A DNA stretch of 64,000 bases from a virus. The stretch is taken from positions 10,215-74,214 of the IMG/VR virus record IMGVR_UViG_3300050343_000135, one strand, 5' to 3'. The position numbers and the translations under genes were made by a program. Below, piece after piece: positions 35,191 to 43,360 of this stretch (position 1 is the stretch's first letter; every line of letters begins with the position of its first letter). The notes beneath the pieces were generated by a model. The model searched no databases. It was not told the origin of the DNA and saw nothing but the letters and a program-made list of their open reading frames with translations.

Positions 35191-36057
35191 TTAGTCTCCC
35201 ATATAGTACTTCCAGTACCCTTGTTCCTGTCCTTGCGATACCTACTAATTCAGCTACTGCTGTTTCAATGGCTGCTTGTATTGCTATATACTTAGGCTTC
35301 GTTCATGGCGTTGCCAGTTTCGAACTCAATCAAGTCATTATCTGAATGAAACCTAAAGTAATCGGTTACTGACTAAGCCCTACGGAGAGGATTGCTTTTG
35401 AAGTAAGGATGTCCAATAAGAATTTCTCCTGTACTCACAGAAACCATTCTTATTGATATCACCACTTTATCCTCACGATATTGCTTAGAGTTTCCTATAC
35501 CTAAATAGCGGGCTCCAACTCCCCCGGTTAGCAAGTTAGTATTATAATCTACTAATACCTCCTTCTAAAATAAGACTCCAGCATACAGTAAGTGGTAACT
35601 GTTTGTCTTTCGTCATCAAATTTTTCACGAGTAGAACGAATTAACTGACGCTCCTTAGTTAGGTGGTCTAATCCTTTTCTTTCTACTACTTTGAAGAAAT
35701 TTTGATATGTTTGAGTGCTCTTATTAAGTAAGCTTCTGGAGCTTGTGTTATGGCACTAGAGAAATCTGCGATTCCATCTCTTGATTTTCTTTGACCTGTT
35801 AGGTCTTCAAATTTATATATAGCAACAACGGGCGTTCTTGCCGGTAGGGGTAGATTTTGTATTGCTTTTGTTACTGGTTTTTCAAGTATAGCGTCTCCTG
35901 AGAAGCATTTTGCTTTACTTACGACAATGTTTACTAAGATATTTGTAGTCGTTGTTCTGGATTCCATCATACAAGGAGATACATAACCGATAATATGCCA
36001 GTTTGCACAACTAGAAACCAAAGTCGCCAATAGGGATAGTAATAGTAGTTGTCTCAC
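35191..36057 (-). CDS. csgG: Curli secretion channel CsgG, split by indels
   Basis: Lipobox LVSSC; VAIYKFEDLTGQRK...FSSAITQ, VVERKGLDHLTKERQLIRSTR, TGGVGARYLGIG.SKQYRED. Confidence 0.9.
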
Positions 36058-36533
36058 CTGTTGCTCTCATTAAATATGGTCATTGTTATTGTAATTCCAT
36101 CTGTTGTCCATGTAATTCAGATTATCATACAATTGAAATGATCCTTCCTCTGCAGGGTTTTCTCCGAATAGGCTATCAACTAGCTGTCGGGATAACTGTG
36201 CATATACTCTACTTTCAAAGTTCTTAATAAATCTTGCGAGAGTTGTATTATCTGCTTCTCTCTTTGCTGCGTCTGCTAAAGCTTTGATCTCAGCTTTTAC
36301 TGCGTCCTTTTTTGTTTGTTCTTGTGAGTCAATCGTTAAGTAATGACTTGATGTTCCCGAGCCTGAGAATGAAGGACTCTTAAATCCGAACTTGATTTCA
36401 TCTGCTTGCTAGTTCCCATATAAGTAGAGGAAGTATAGTGAGCCACCACCAGTGTGTAACTGGTTGGTACTCTTTCTTATTAGACAAATTGTCTGCTGTT
36501 CGTTGAAATGACTTCTCTTTTATCTGTCTTCAT
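36011..36533 (-). CDS. csgF: Curli assembly protein CsgF-like, split by indels
   Basis: EIKFGFKSPSFSG, RFIKNFESRVYAQLSRQL, C-terminal GETTTITIPIG; upstream of csgG. Confidence 0.8.
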
Positions 36534-36762
36534 TTTCTTTCAATTGTAAAACTGTGTCTAGTTTCTTTTGGAGACGAATCATATCGTTATCCAACATTCT
36601 TATCTGGTCTATTAGACTAAGAATAGTCATTTTCATATCTTCAATTGCAGGATCAATCTTTTCTGTTATAGTAGTCCATACAAAGTATACGAAATACCCT
36701 AAACCGACCATTGCAACAATTGGAAAACCAAACTGCTGAATTGCATCAATCACGTCTTGCAT
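36520..36762 (-). CDS. Small single-TM coiled-coil protein
   Basis: IQQFGFPIVAMVGLGYF...IRMLDNDMIRL. Confidence 0.7.
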   Translation of the reverse strand: MQDVIDAIQQFGFPIVAMVGLGYFVYFVWTTITEKIDPAIEDMKMTILSLIDQIRMLDNDMIRLQKKLDTVLQLKENEDR

Positions 36763-37069
36763 CTATACTCCCACTCTCTACAAAGTTTTCTGCTCTAGAG
36801 ATTCTATCTAAATCGGGTGTAAGTCCAAGTGCAGTACTGACGCTCATGTCTATTCGAATCATATCATTGTTCATAGTCTTAATACGAGTAATTAGCATAC
36901 TTGAAATACCTTTGACTTCTTGAGTATCTCCAACTACATCATCCATTATTTTTCGTATGATTAAAAAGATAAAACCGCCCATGAACAATGCGGCGGCTAT
37001 TGGTGCTCCTACTTGAGCAATAACATCAAATATACCTAGCTCTTCCATGGACACCACGGTAAGACCCAA
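36746..37069 (-). CDS. Small single-TM protein, paralogue of its neighbour
   Basis: IAQVGAPIAAALFMGGF...IKTMNNDMIRI. Confidence 0.7.
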   Translation of the reverse strand: MGLTVVSMEELGIFDVIAQVGAPIAAALFMGGFIFLIIRKIMDDVVGDTQEVKGISSMLITRIKTMNNDMIRIDMSVSTALGLTPDLDRISRAENFVESGSIDARRD

Positions 37070-37241
37070 TATTTATAAAACATTTATTATCTCCTGATTA
37101 ATTGCCATACAACCAAACATACCGCCAAAGACCACTAATTGTACCACACTTGCGTATGCTACCTGTCTCATTGGATGAATCTGTACTATCTTCTCTATCC
37201 AGCTCTCCGAAGGCGATAAGTTTACTGCTTGTAATATCTTT

Positions 37242-37559
37242 TTAGAATCCAACGCTTACTCCACACCCACATCTGTAGGTTTCCTTTGGATTAATAAAAA
37301 CAAAACTTTCATTTAATCCCTCTATTTTATAATCTAGTGTTAATCCTTCTATGTACGGGGCGGAAGTCGGGTCGACTCTAAATCGAATCATCCCCCAATC
37401 CAGTACCAAATCACTTGGATAAGTTTCACGACTAAAATCAAAACTATACTCCATACCGCCGCAGCCGCCCCCAGTAATACCAAGTCTAAAAGACGGGTTC
37501 TCCTGTTGGCCTGCTTTCTGTACAAGTCTAGTATACGCTTCATTTGTTATTTCAATCAT
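37242..37559 (-). CDS. iscA: A-type Fe-S carrier (IscA/SufA/ErpA, HesB family)
   Basis: RLGITGGGCGGMEY...INPKETYRCGCGVS. Confidence 0.92.
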   Translation of the reverse strand: MIEITNEAYTRLVQKAGQQENPSFRLGITGGGCGGMEYSFDFSRETYPSDLVLDWGMIRFRVDPTSAPYIEGLTLDYKIEGLNESFVFINPKETYRCGCGVSVGF

Positions 37560-37851
37560 CTCTTTTCCAACTTATATCGGACTTGGTCTCAATAGCGTCC
37601 TGAGCCGCCTGTATGTAATCTCTATCTTCGTCAGAGAGTACAGACCAGAATTTACTTATAGTTAATGTATGTTCATAAACTTCGTCGGGTTCTTGAAAAT
37701 GATAGTCATTTTCCATCATTTCCTGGAGCTTGTCCATTCTTTGATTTATCTTGGCTCTTAGTCCGAAGATTCTTTCCCAACCATCATCATACTTTTTGTT
37801 TGACGATTTCGTTGTGAGTGTATCTCCTGTTATTTCGTTTTTTGTTGCCAT
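37552..37851 (-). CDS. Hypothetical protein
   Basis: 99 aa, between iscU and iscA. Confidence 0.6.
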   Translation of the reverse strand: MATKNEITGDTLTTKSSNKKYDDGWERIFGLRAKINQRMDKLQEMMENDYHFQEPDEVYEHTLTISKFWSVLSDEDRDYIQAAQDAIETKSDISWKRDD

Positions 37852-37896
37852 TTTCTATTACCACTCTTACGACTCTTTGTATTCGGCCGCTTTTCA

Positions 37897-38310
37897 TCAT
37901 ATTGTTAAATTTTTTCCACATTTGTTTTCCCAGTTCTCAATTGCTTGTTTAATTGAGTCTTCGGCTAAAACAGAACAGTGTAGTTTTATGGGAGGTAATT
38001 CTAATGCCTCCGCTATGTCTTTATCTTTTATTAGTTTTGCTTCTTCTATTGTTCTGCCTTTCAGCATTTCTACGAACATTGTGGAAGAGGCGATTGCACT
38101 ACCGCAACCATAGGTTTTAAACTTGACATCTATTATCCTATCAGTTGAGTCTAGTTTAAGTTGTAGTTTCATTACGTCACCACAAGCGGGAGCGCCTGTA
38201 ATGCCTGTTGCTACTTGGGGGTCTTTAGGGTCGAATCTTCCGACGCTAAACTGTTTCGGACTATTTAAAACTTCATAAAACCTTTCGGTGACTTTTTTAC
38301 TGTACGCCAT
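37897..38310 (-). CDS. iscU: Fe-S cluster scaffold IscU
   Basis: GAPACGDVMKLQ, KFKTYGCGSAIASS, LPPIKLHCSVLAEDSIK. Confidence 0.96.
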   Translation of the reverse strand: MAYSKKVTERFYEVLNSPKQFSVGRFDPKDPQVATGITGAPACGDVMKLQLKLDSTDRIIDVKFKTYGCGSAIASSTMFVEMLKGRTIEEAKLIKDKDIAEALELPPIKLHCSVLAEDSIKQAIENWENKCGKNLTI

Positions 38311-38770
38311 CAGTGTTCTTTAAGAGTTTTTCCATTAACTTTCCATAGTTACCGGATCCGAAACTGCCATCATTTACTTGAATATTTGTTTGTTGTTTGA
38401 TACTCGTAGCCTGTGCTTTTTCTAGTTCTGCTTGAGCCTTGATTTCGTCCATTCTCATTTTGTGTGCCATTTGAAGTAGGTCTGCCAGGTCTTTACTAGT
38501 ATAAATTTCTGACTCTTCTGCTTCTTCCATTTTTTTATCGATTAGTGTATCTAGTGTATCTGCTAGTTTAAATCTATTTCTATATCCCATATCTAAATAG
38601 ACAGTGTCAATATATTGTTTGACTTCCCTACGGTTTAGCATTTCGCTTATAACGTTTTGCTTTACTCCTAATCTATGGCTAACAACGGATATAGAGCCGT
38701 GCTGCAAATATGAATTTGCGATCTCTAACCCTTCTGGACTTATTTTTGTTGTTAATGCTACGCTTGACAT
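38297..38770 (-). CDS. terS: Terminase small subunit (T5-like)
   Basis: ISPEGLEIANSYLQ...REVKQYI..GYRNR...AHKMRMDE...QTNIQ..NYGKLM resembles T5 TerS as I recall it. Confidence 0.8.
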   Translation of the reverse strand: MSSVALTTKISPEGLEIANSYLQHGSISVVSHRLGVKQNVISEMLNRREVKQYIDTVYLDMGYRNRFKLADTLDTLIDKKMEEAEESEIYTSKDLADLLQMAHKMRMDEIKAQAELEKAQATSIKQQTNIQVNDGSFGSGNYGKLMEKLLKNTDGVQ

Positions 38771-38776
38771 AGTATA

Positions 38777-38805
38777 ATTATACTAAAAATGGAACCATAT
38801 GTCAA
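38777..38805 (-). promoter_or_regulatory. Late promoter heading terS and the accessory island
   Basis: TTGACA-17-TATAAT; the predicted +1 falls on the terS ATG. Confidence 0.8.
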
Positions 38806-38976
38806 GAATTATTTATCCATATGTATCATTATGATACTACACGGCGCTTTTTATATACTTGCAAATTTTTTAAAGTTGTACGTGCGGGGGAGCCTGAGCG
38901 TGGGTGTAAATGTCGGTCTATGAACCCCCCACCTATGCCGACCAAAAATTGAACAATACCCCTAGAAGGAACAGAG

Positions 38977-39048
38977 ACGCTCTCTAAGGCTCTCTAATGA
39001 AAAAGAGGTGCATAGGCATTAAAAAATAAATAACGCCTTAGAGAGCGT
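38977..39048. repeat. 14-bp inverted repeat near the putative genome end
   Basis: ACGCTCTCTAAGGC (38977) and GCCTTAGAGAGCGT (39035). Confidence 0.8.
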
Positions 39049-39050
39049 TT

Positions 39051-39079
39051 TTGCTATGATTCGCGATATATATCATAAT
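39051..39079 (+). promoter_or_regulatory. Pre-early promoter
   Basis: TTGCTA-17-CATAAT at the strand switch. Confidence 0.55.
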
Positions 39080-39355
39080 AGGTCTATCGTTAATGCGACT
39101 AAATAACGGCTAGATTCTCGGCGGGTTTATAAATATTACTGCCCAATGAGATATAAATTACTACCTTGCATATTTAGAAAACAAGATTAAACGCTGTTTT
39201 AATTGGTGAAATACTTCGGTAAAACTTACAACGATTAGCTTAGGATTTAGGCTTTATATATTCCCAATATATAGAGTCCCATGAAGCGGAACTCTCGGAA
39301 CAACGAGACAAAATAAAAATTAAAAAACTAACTAACTACATAGAGGTAAATAACT

Positions 39356-39517
39356 ATGAAAAAGAAAAAGAACTATAAATTTAAACTCTATCAGATGGTC
39401 AACGGAAAAAAGGTTAATTACGGCTCAACGCCTAGCATTAACTTTGCACGTGCTTCTGTAAAGAGACAACGAGAAAAAGGTATTGAGGCTTTTTGGATAC
39501 CTTGCATTTATAAATAA
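39356..39517 (+). CDS. Small basic pre-early protein
   Basis: GAGGT RBS; MKKKKNYKFKLYQ..., 53 aa, followed by hairpin 39529-39557. Confidence 0.55.
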   Translation: MKKKKNYKFKLYQMVNGKKVNYGSTPSINFARASVKRQREKGIEAFWIPCIYK

Positions 39518-39574
39518 ACTAACCATAAAGGCTCTTAGGCACTCGCTAAGAGCCTTAAATTAAAGGGGGGTCTT

Positions 39575-39784
39575 ATGACTCATTCAGAACTAAACGAACT
39601 CATTAGAACGGCACACACGCTGTCTGATGATGATTTACTAATGGCATTTGAGCAGGTCGGCATAATTGCTGATTTTAATACTTGCTCGTTATCAATGGAG
39701 GAATACAATCTAATTAAGGCTGTATATTTCTTACTTGATTCAATGTGCAAGAATAGAGAATTAATAACTAATATAGAGGTTTAA
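39575..39784 (+). CDS. Hypothetical pre-early protein
   Basis: 69 aa with a G-rich RBS. Confidence 0.55.
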   Translation: MTHSELNELIRTAHTLSDDDLLMAFEQVGIIADFNTCSLSMEEYNLIKAVYFLLDSMCKNRELITNIEV

Positions 39785-39845
39785 AATCTATAGGGTTAGA
39801 GTCGTTACCTAATACAAAAACGACTCATTTAATGGAGGTCATAAA

Positions 39846-40010
39846 ATGACTATTATGAAAGAAAAAAAGCCAACTCTTAAACGTCAAGAGGTGGTCGAAT
39901 TGGTACTCGATAAATTGAAAGAGCAAGGTATTGAGGATATGACAATATTTGCAACATATAAGAGATTAAATCTTAAAGGCTTGTTGCATTTTTTAGAGGT
40001 AACAAAATGA
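39846..40010 (+). CDS. Small pre-early protein
   Basis: GGAGG RBS; 54 aa, stop overlaps the next ATG. Confidence 0.6.
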   Translation: MTIMKEKKPTLKRQEVVELVLDKLKEQGIEDMTIFATYKRLNLKGLLHFLEVTK

Positions 40011-40774
40011 AGATTGAAAGAAAATTAAATGCTTTGGTATTAGATACCGAAACGTGCTTTAAATCAGAAAATGCCAATATCATTCTTGAGATTGGTTGGA
40101 CTGTTGGAAATGTACTTGATAAAACTGATATACCTACTTCGCGTAGGTATATTGTTGCTGATACTTTATTTAATCCTGAATTGCATTGGCACTCTCAAAA
40201 ATTGAGTGCCATTCATTCTGAACTATCAGATGCACCCGAGGGTTTAAGAGTAAATTATGGTAATGATATGAGGTATATAAAATACATGAAAGAAGCTTAT
40301 AGGCTGTCATGTTTAGGTGGTGAAGCATTGGGCGAAGTTGTTCTCCCCTGGGCTAGAATTCTTGACCAATTAAACAAAGATTTAGCCATGAGCGATTGCA
40401 TAGGTGCTTATAATTTCCCTTTTGATTTAAGGGCGATTCAAACAACTACCAAACGCTTTCATCATCATGCTTATAATAATATATATAAGATTCCGCATTT
40501 TTGTCTTATGCAAATGTCGGCAAATGAAATTGTTGATAGATGGTATTTCAAAAAGATAGATTCTTTAACCGAGGAGGAGAAAATATTATTTAAATCTAAA
40601 TCGGGCAAGAATCTAGGCTACTCGGCTGAAATAATGGCTAGGTATATATCTGAAGATTTAGGATATATCGAGATGCACACAGCCGAGGAGGACTCTAAGA
40701 TTGAATATGAAATCATGCAATACTATTTTAATGATAAAGAGCTAGGGATGATAAATTCTTTAGCGACTATCTAG
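40007..40774 (+). CDS. DEDDh 3'-5' exonuclease (DnaQ/RNase T superfamily)
   Basis: VLDTET, EIGW, AYNFPFD, HTAEEDS motifs. Confidence 0.85.
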   Translation: MKIERKLNALVLDTETCFKSENANIILEIGWTVGNVLDKTDIPTSRRYIVADTLFNPELHWHSQKLSAIHSELSDAPEGLRVNYGNDMRYIKYMKEAYRLSCLGGEALGEVVLPWARILDQLNKDLAMSDCIGAYNFPFDLRAIQTTTKRFHHHAYNNIYKIPHFCLMQMSANEIVDRWYFKKIDSLTEEEKILFKSKSGKNLGYSAEIMARYISEDLGYIEMHTAEEDSKIEYEIMQYYFNDKELGMINSLATI

Positions 40775-40861
40775 GAAATATGTAAAAGCGGTGTCTTGGA
40801 CAAAAATCCGAGATGGCTATAAAAACTATAAACAAAATGAACTATTTAAGGAGGTTCAAAA

Positions 40862-41440
40862 ATGAGCGATTATAAACAATTAGAACTCCCTTTCATTGTC
40901 GAACATGAAAGGGGGGTTGATTATCAATTTGATAGATACTTTCGACACATGGAAGCATTTAACAAAGATGCCGATACTGTCTTTATCTATGATTTAGATT
41001 ATACGACTTTTGAAAGACCGAAAATATTCACCCACAAACCCACCTATTCATTTATAGGTGGTTTTAAATGGGAATATAGCCTTGCATGGTATATCTTTTG
41101 GGACTGCTTCATTGTGTCTCTATTCGATAAGCCCTTACCCTTACTAAAGGATATGCAAAAACATATGCAACTCGGTAGAAAGGTTGGCATTTTCTCGGCT
41201 CGTTCGGTTAAATGGTATACGGCTTTGTGGGTAAGGTTGAAAATCGGAAAGGTTGAATTTCTAAAATTCAGACCAAAGAACGACAACACCAAAGATGATA
41301 TTTTAAAAGAGACGGTACTTGCAAGAATGTTGCGAGGAACATTCATTCTTTGCTTATGCTTCTAGAATCGTGGCATGGGATGATAGACCCGACATTATCA
41401 AGATGTATAAGCAGAATGATGTTGAGGGGTTTCTCGTATG
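40862..41440 (+). CDS. HAD-superfamily phosphatase-like protein, C-terminus shifted by an indel
   Basis: FIYDLDYT (motif I), IFSAR (motif II), RPKNDNTKDDILK as in PNKP-type HADs. Confidence 0.55.
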
Positions 41441-41695
41441 ATAGATATAACAATGACTGTTCTTTTTTGGGTTGGGGTGACTTCGGTTGCCTCGGCTCTT
41501 GCTTACATTCCAAAAGATATGCGACTTTTTGAGGTTGTTATAACTTTGGGTAATATATTAATCTTATTAACTAGCCCATTGATGCTACAATGGGAATTCA
41601 CTATCTTTTTAATGACTTTCCTTATTTGGTCGGCTCAAATTAAAATGGGTAGAGATGCTAAAACTTATGGAGGTGCTAGAAATGGCTACAAATAG
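41438..41695 (+). CDS. Small membrane protein
   Basis: Two to three hydrophobic segments. Confidence 0.55.
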   Translation: MIDITMTVLFWVGVTSVASALAYIPKDMRLFEVVITLGNILILLTSPLMLQWEFTIFLMTFLIWSAQIKMGRDAKTYGGARNGYK

Positions 41696-42129
41696 ACAAA
41701 AACAAAATAAGATAAAATTAGATAAATGGCTTTCGCAATGCTTCGGCTACAAGGTGGCAAAATGGTTCGATTTAATCCTGTTGGCTTTGGTTTCGTGGGC
41801 ATTGTTTATATTTGCAATGTGGGTGGCGTAATGAAACGATCACTTATTAAATATAGCTTATATGATCTATGCGATTTATTAGCGGAAGCAATTGCAAAAC
41901 CTAATGAGAACTGAAAAAATTGATTCATGAGATAGCTGGGGAACTTTCCCACCGAAAAACTTTTGGAGCAAAAATTCTTGTTCAATTTTGTAATGGGTAT
42001 TTTACTAATCTAAAATAATCTTTTGGGTTGGTTAGTTTTTTGTTTTCGGCGGGTTAATTTATACTAACTATTAGTGAAATTTTGCTACCCCGCCGAAGAC
42101 AAATTTTTTTGCCCGAAAGAAAAAAGCTG

Positions 42130-42148
42130 AATGAGAATCATTCGCATT
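42130..42148. promoter_or_regulatory. Fur-box-like operator
   Basis: AATGAGAATCATTCGCATT, a near-perfect 9-1-9 palindrome resembling the gammaproteobacterial Fur consensus AATGATAATnATTATCATT. Confidence 0.6.
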
Positions 42149-42153
42149 TAGAG

Positions 42154-42183
42154 TTATCCCCACTATCCACAGACTTATCCACA
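42154..42183 (+). promoter_or_regulatory. DnaA box cluster
   Basis: TTATCCCCA (42154), CTATCCACA (42163) and perfect TTATCCACA (42175) in tandem, downstream of an AT-rich tract. Confidence 0.7.
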
Positions 42184-42334
42184 GGTGAATTTTTATACAG
42201 CGTGAGCGCTTTAGCGCCGACAAGTAGTAGTATTATTATTATTTTTGTAGCCGCAGGCGCCAAAGTAGTAGTATTACTATGATGAGTAGTCTTTCTGCGA
42301 CCGCCGCCGCGAATTTGGATTAGTTCCTAAGTCT

Positions 42335-42363
42335 ATTATACCACAGCGCCCGGTAAATGTCAA
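42335..42363 (-). promoter_or_regulatory. Leftward sigma70 promoter firing into non-coding DNA
   Basis: TTGACA-17-TATAAT with extended -10; back-to-back with a rightward promoter at 42400-42427. Confidence 0.7.
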
Positions 42364-42458
42364 GAGAAACGCAGAAATTAATTTTCTTTCACAAATCCCT
42401 TGACATTTCCAATTGGCGCTGTATAATAGTATACATAATAAAGACAAAGGAGAACATT

Positions 42459-42620
42459 ATGAAAAACGAAAAAACAGAAAAAGCAAAAAGACCAAACAAA
42501 AAATACTTGCTAAAAGAAATTAGCGAACTATCTGGCAAAAGAATCGCTGAGTTAGACTCACTAGGCAGAAGCAACATTGAAACAATCGTCTGGATTCGCG
42601 ACATGGTCAAAGGAGCGTAA
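42459..42620 (+). CDS. 53-aa protein resembling the C-terminal half of A2
   Basis: Own promoter (42400-42427) and the RBS AAGGAGAACATTATG, identical to that of the A2-like gene at 43437. Confidence 0.7.
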   Translation: MKNEKTEKAKRPNKKYLLKEISELSGKRIAELDSLGRSNIETIVWIRDMVKGA

Positions 42621-42681
42621 GCAACTCTATAACTCACTGCTAGACGCAACCTGCTATTGGCACGCAGGTCGCATCGCGCCG

Positions 42682-42710
42682 ATTTTACCACACCTAAACT
42701 CGCATGTCAA
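42682..42710 (-). promoter_or_regulatory. Leftward promoter, antisense to the 53-aa ORF
   Basis: TTGACA-17-TAAAAT with extended -10. Confidence 0.65.
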
Positions 42711-42981
42711 TACTTATGCGAAATTATTTTTGCCTAAAATTTCCCGGGCTAGTCTTCCCTATACCTAAAGCATTTCCCCAAGAGTGAGTACTCACTATCA
42801 TCGCACGTCAGCAAAAAGGGATTCGCACCAATCGGGCGTTGCTTTATCCAGGGCGGCGCCGTAAGTGCGAAAACTAAGTACAAAAGTGATACTCCTGCGC
42901 CAAATTAAGTGCAAAATCTAAGTACTAGGTCTACTTGTGCGAGTTAGCGGCCGTCGCGAGACTAGTATAAGTCTTATTTAT

Positions 42982-43009
42982 ATTTTATCAGACTTTGGAA
43001 GCTTGTCAA
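42982..43009 (-). promoter_or_regulatory. Leftward promoter into the repeat module
   Basis: TTGACA-16-TAAAAT with extended -10. Confidence 0.55.
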
Positions 43010-43154
43010 GACTTATGCGAAGGTTTGCACCGATTTTGCGAGAAAGATTGTGCCAGTTTCGCGTCCGGCCCCCGAGAGTTCGCTAGCGTTAATTTATGAG
43101 GAATTTCTTTCGCAAATCTATTGACAATCTTATCAGGCTTCTATATAATATATG

Positions 43155-43360
43155 TATCTTTTGAGGGAAATGAGAAAAACCGAACACAGAGGCTAACTAT
43201 TAACAGTTAGAGAGAGTATAGGTGAGTCGCTTCAGGGGGGTGTCCAAGCATGCTAGGGGATATTAGAAATGCAAAAACGAACAAGAGCTTGGCCCGATTC
43301 ATTTCCACCAAAAGACCTATACTAAGGTATGGTTGCGAAAGGAGAACACGCAAAACATAA
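43155..43360 (+). ncRNA. Candidate structured ncRNA 1 (~200 nt)
   Basis: Promoter TTGACA-17-TATAAT (43121-43149), no credible ORF, ends pair (TCTTTTG/CAAAAGA, GGAAATGA/TCATTTCC), and a 9-bp long-range pairing 43215-23 with 43315-23. Confidence 0.55.

Noticed and set aside
42082-42768. ORF-track calls 42082-42282, 42389-42691 and 42577-42768
   Set aside because: They run through operator, repeat and promoter sequences or overlap the RBS-supported 42459 gene, and they lack RBSs.
42893-42901. Match to the T5 nick-site-like motif GCGCRGG on the minus strand
   Set aside because: A 7-mer match is expected by chance, and the nicking specificity of this phage is unknown.
42214-42930. Mini-CRISPR reading of the GCGCC...AAGT repeat pairs
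   Set aside because: Only two imperfect copies per module with short intervening sequence; kept as a repeat-module finding instead.
43155-43360. Retron msr-msd (paired ends) or DGR template
   Set aside because: No reverse transcriptase is visible in the window.
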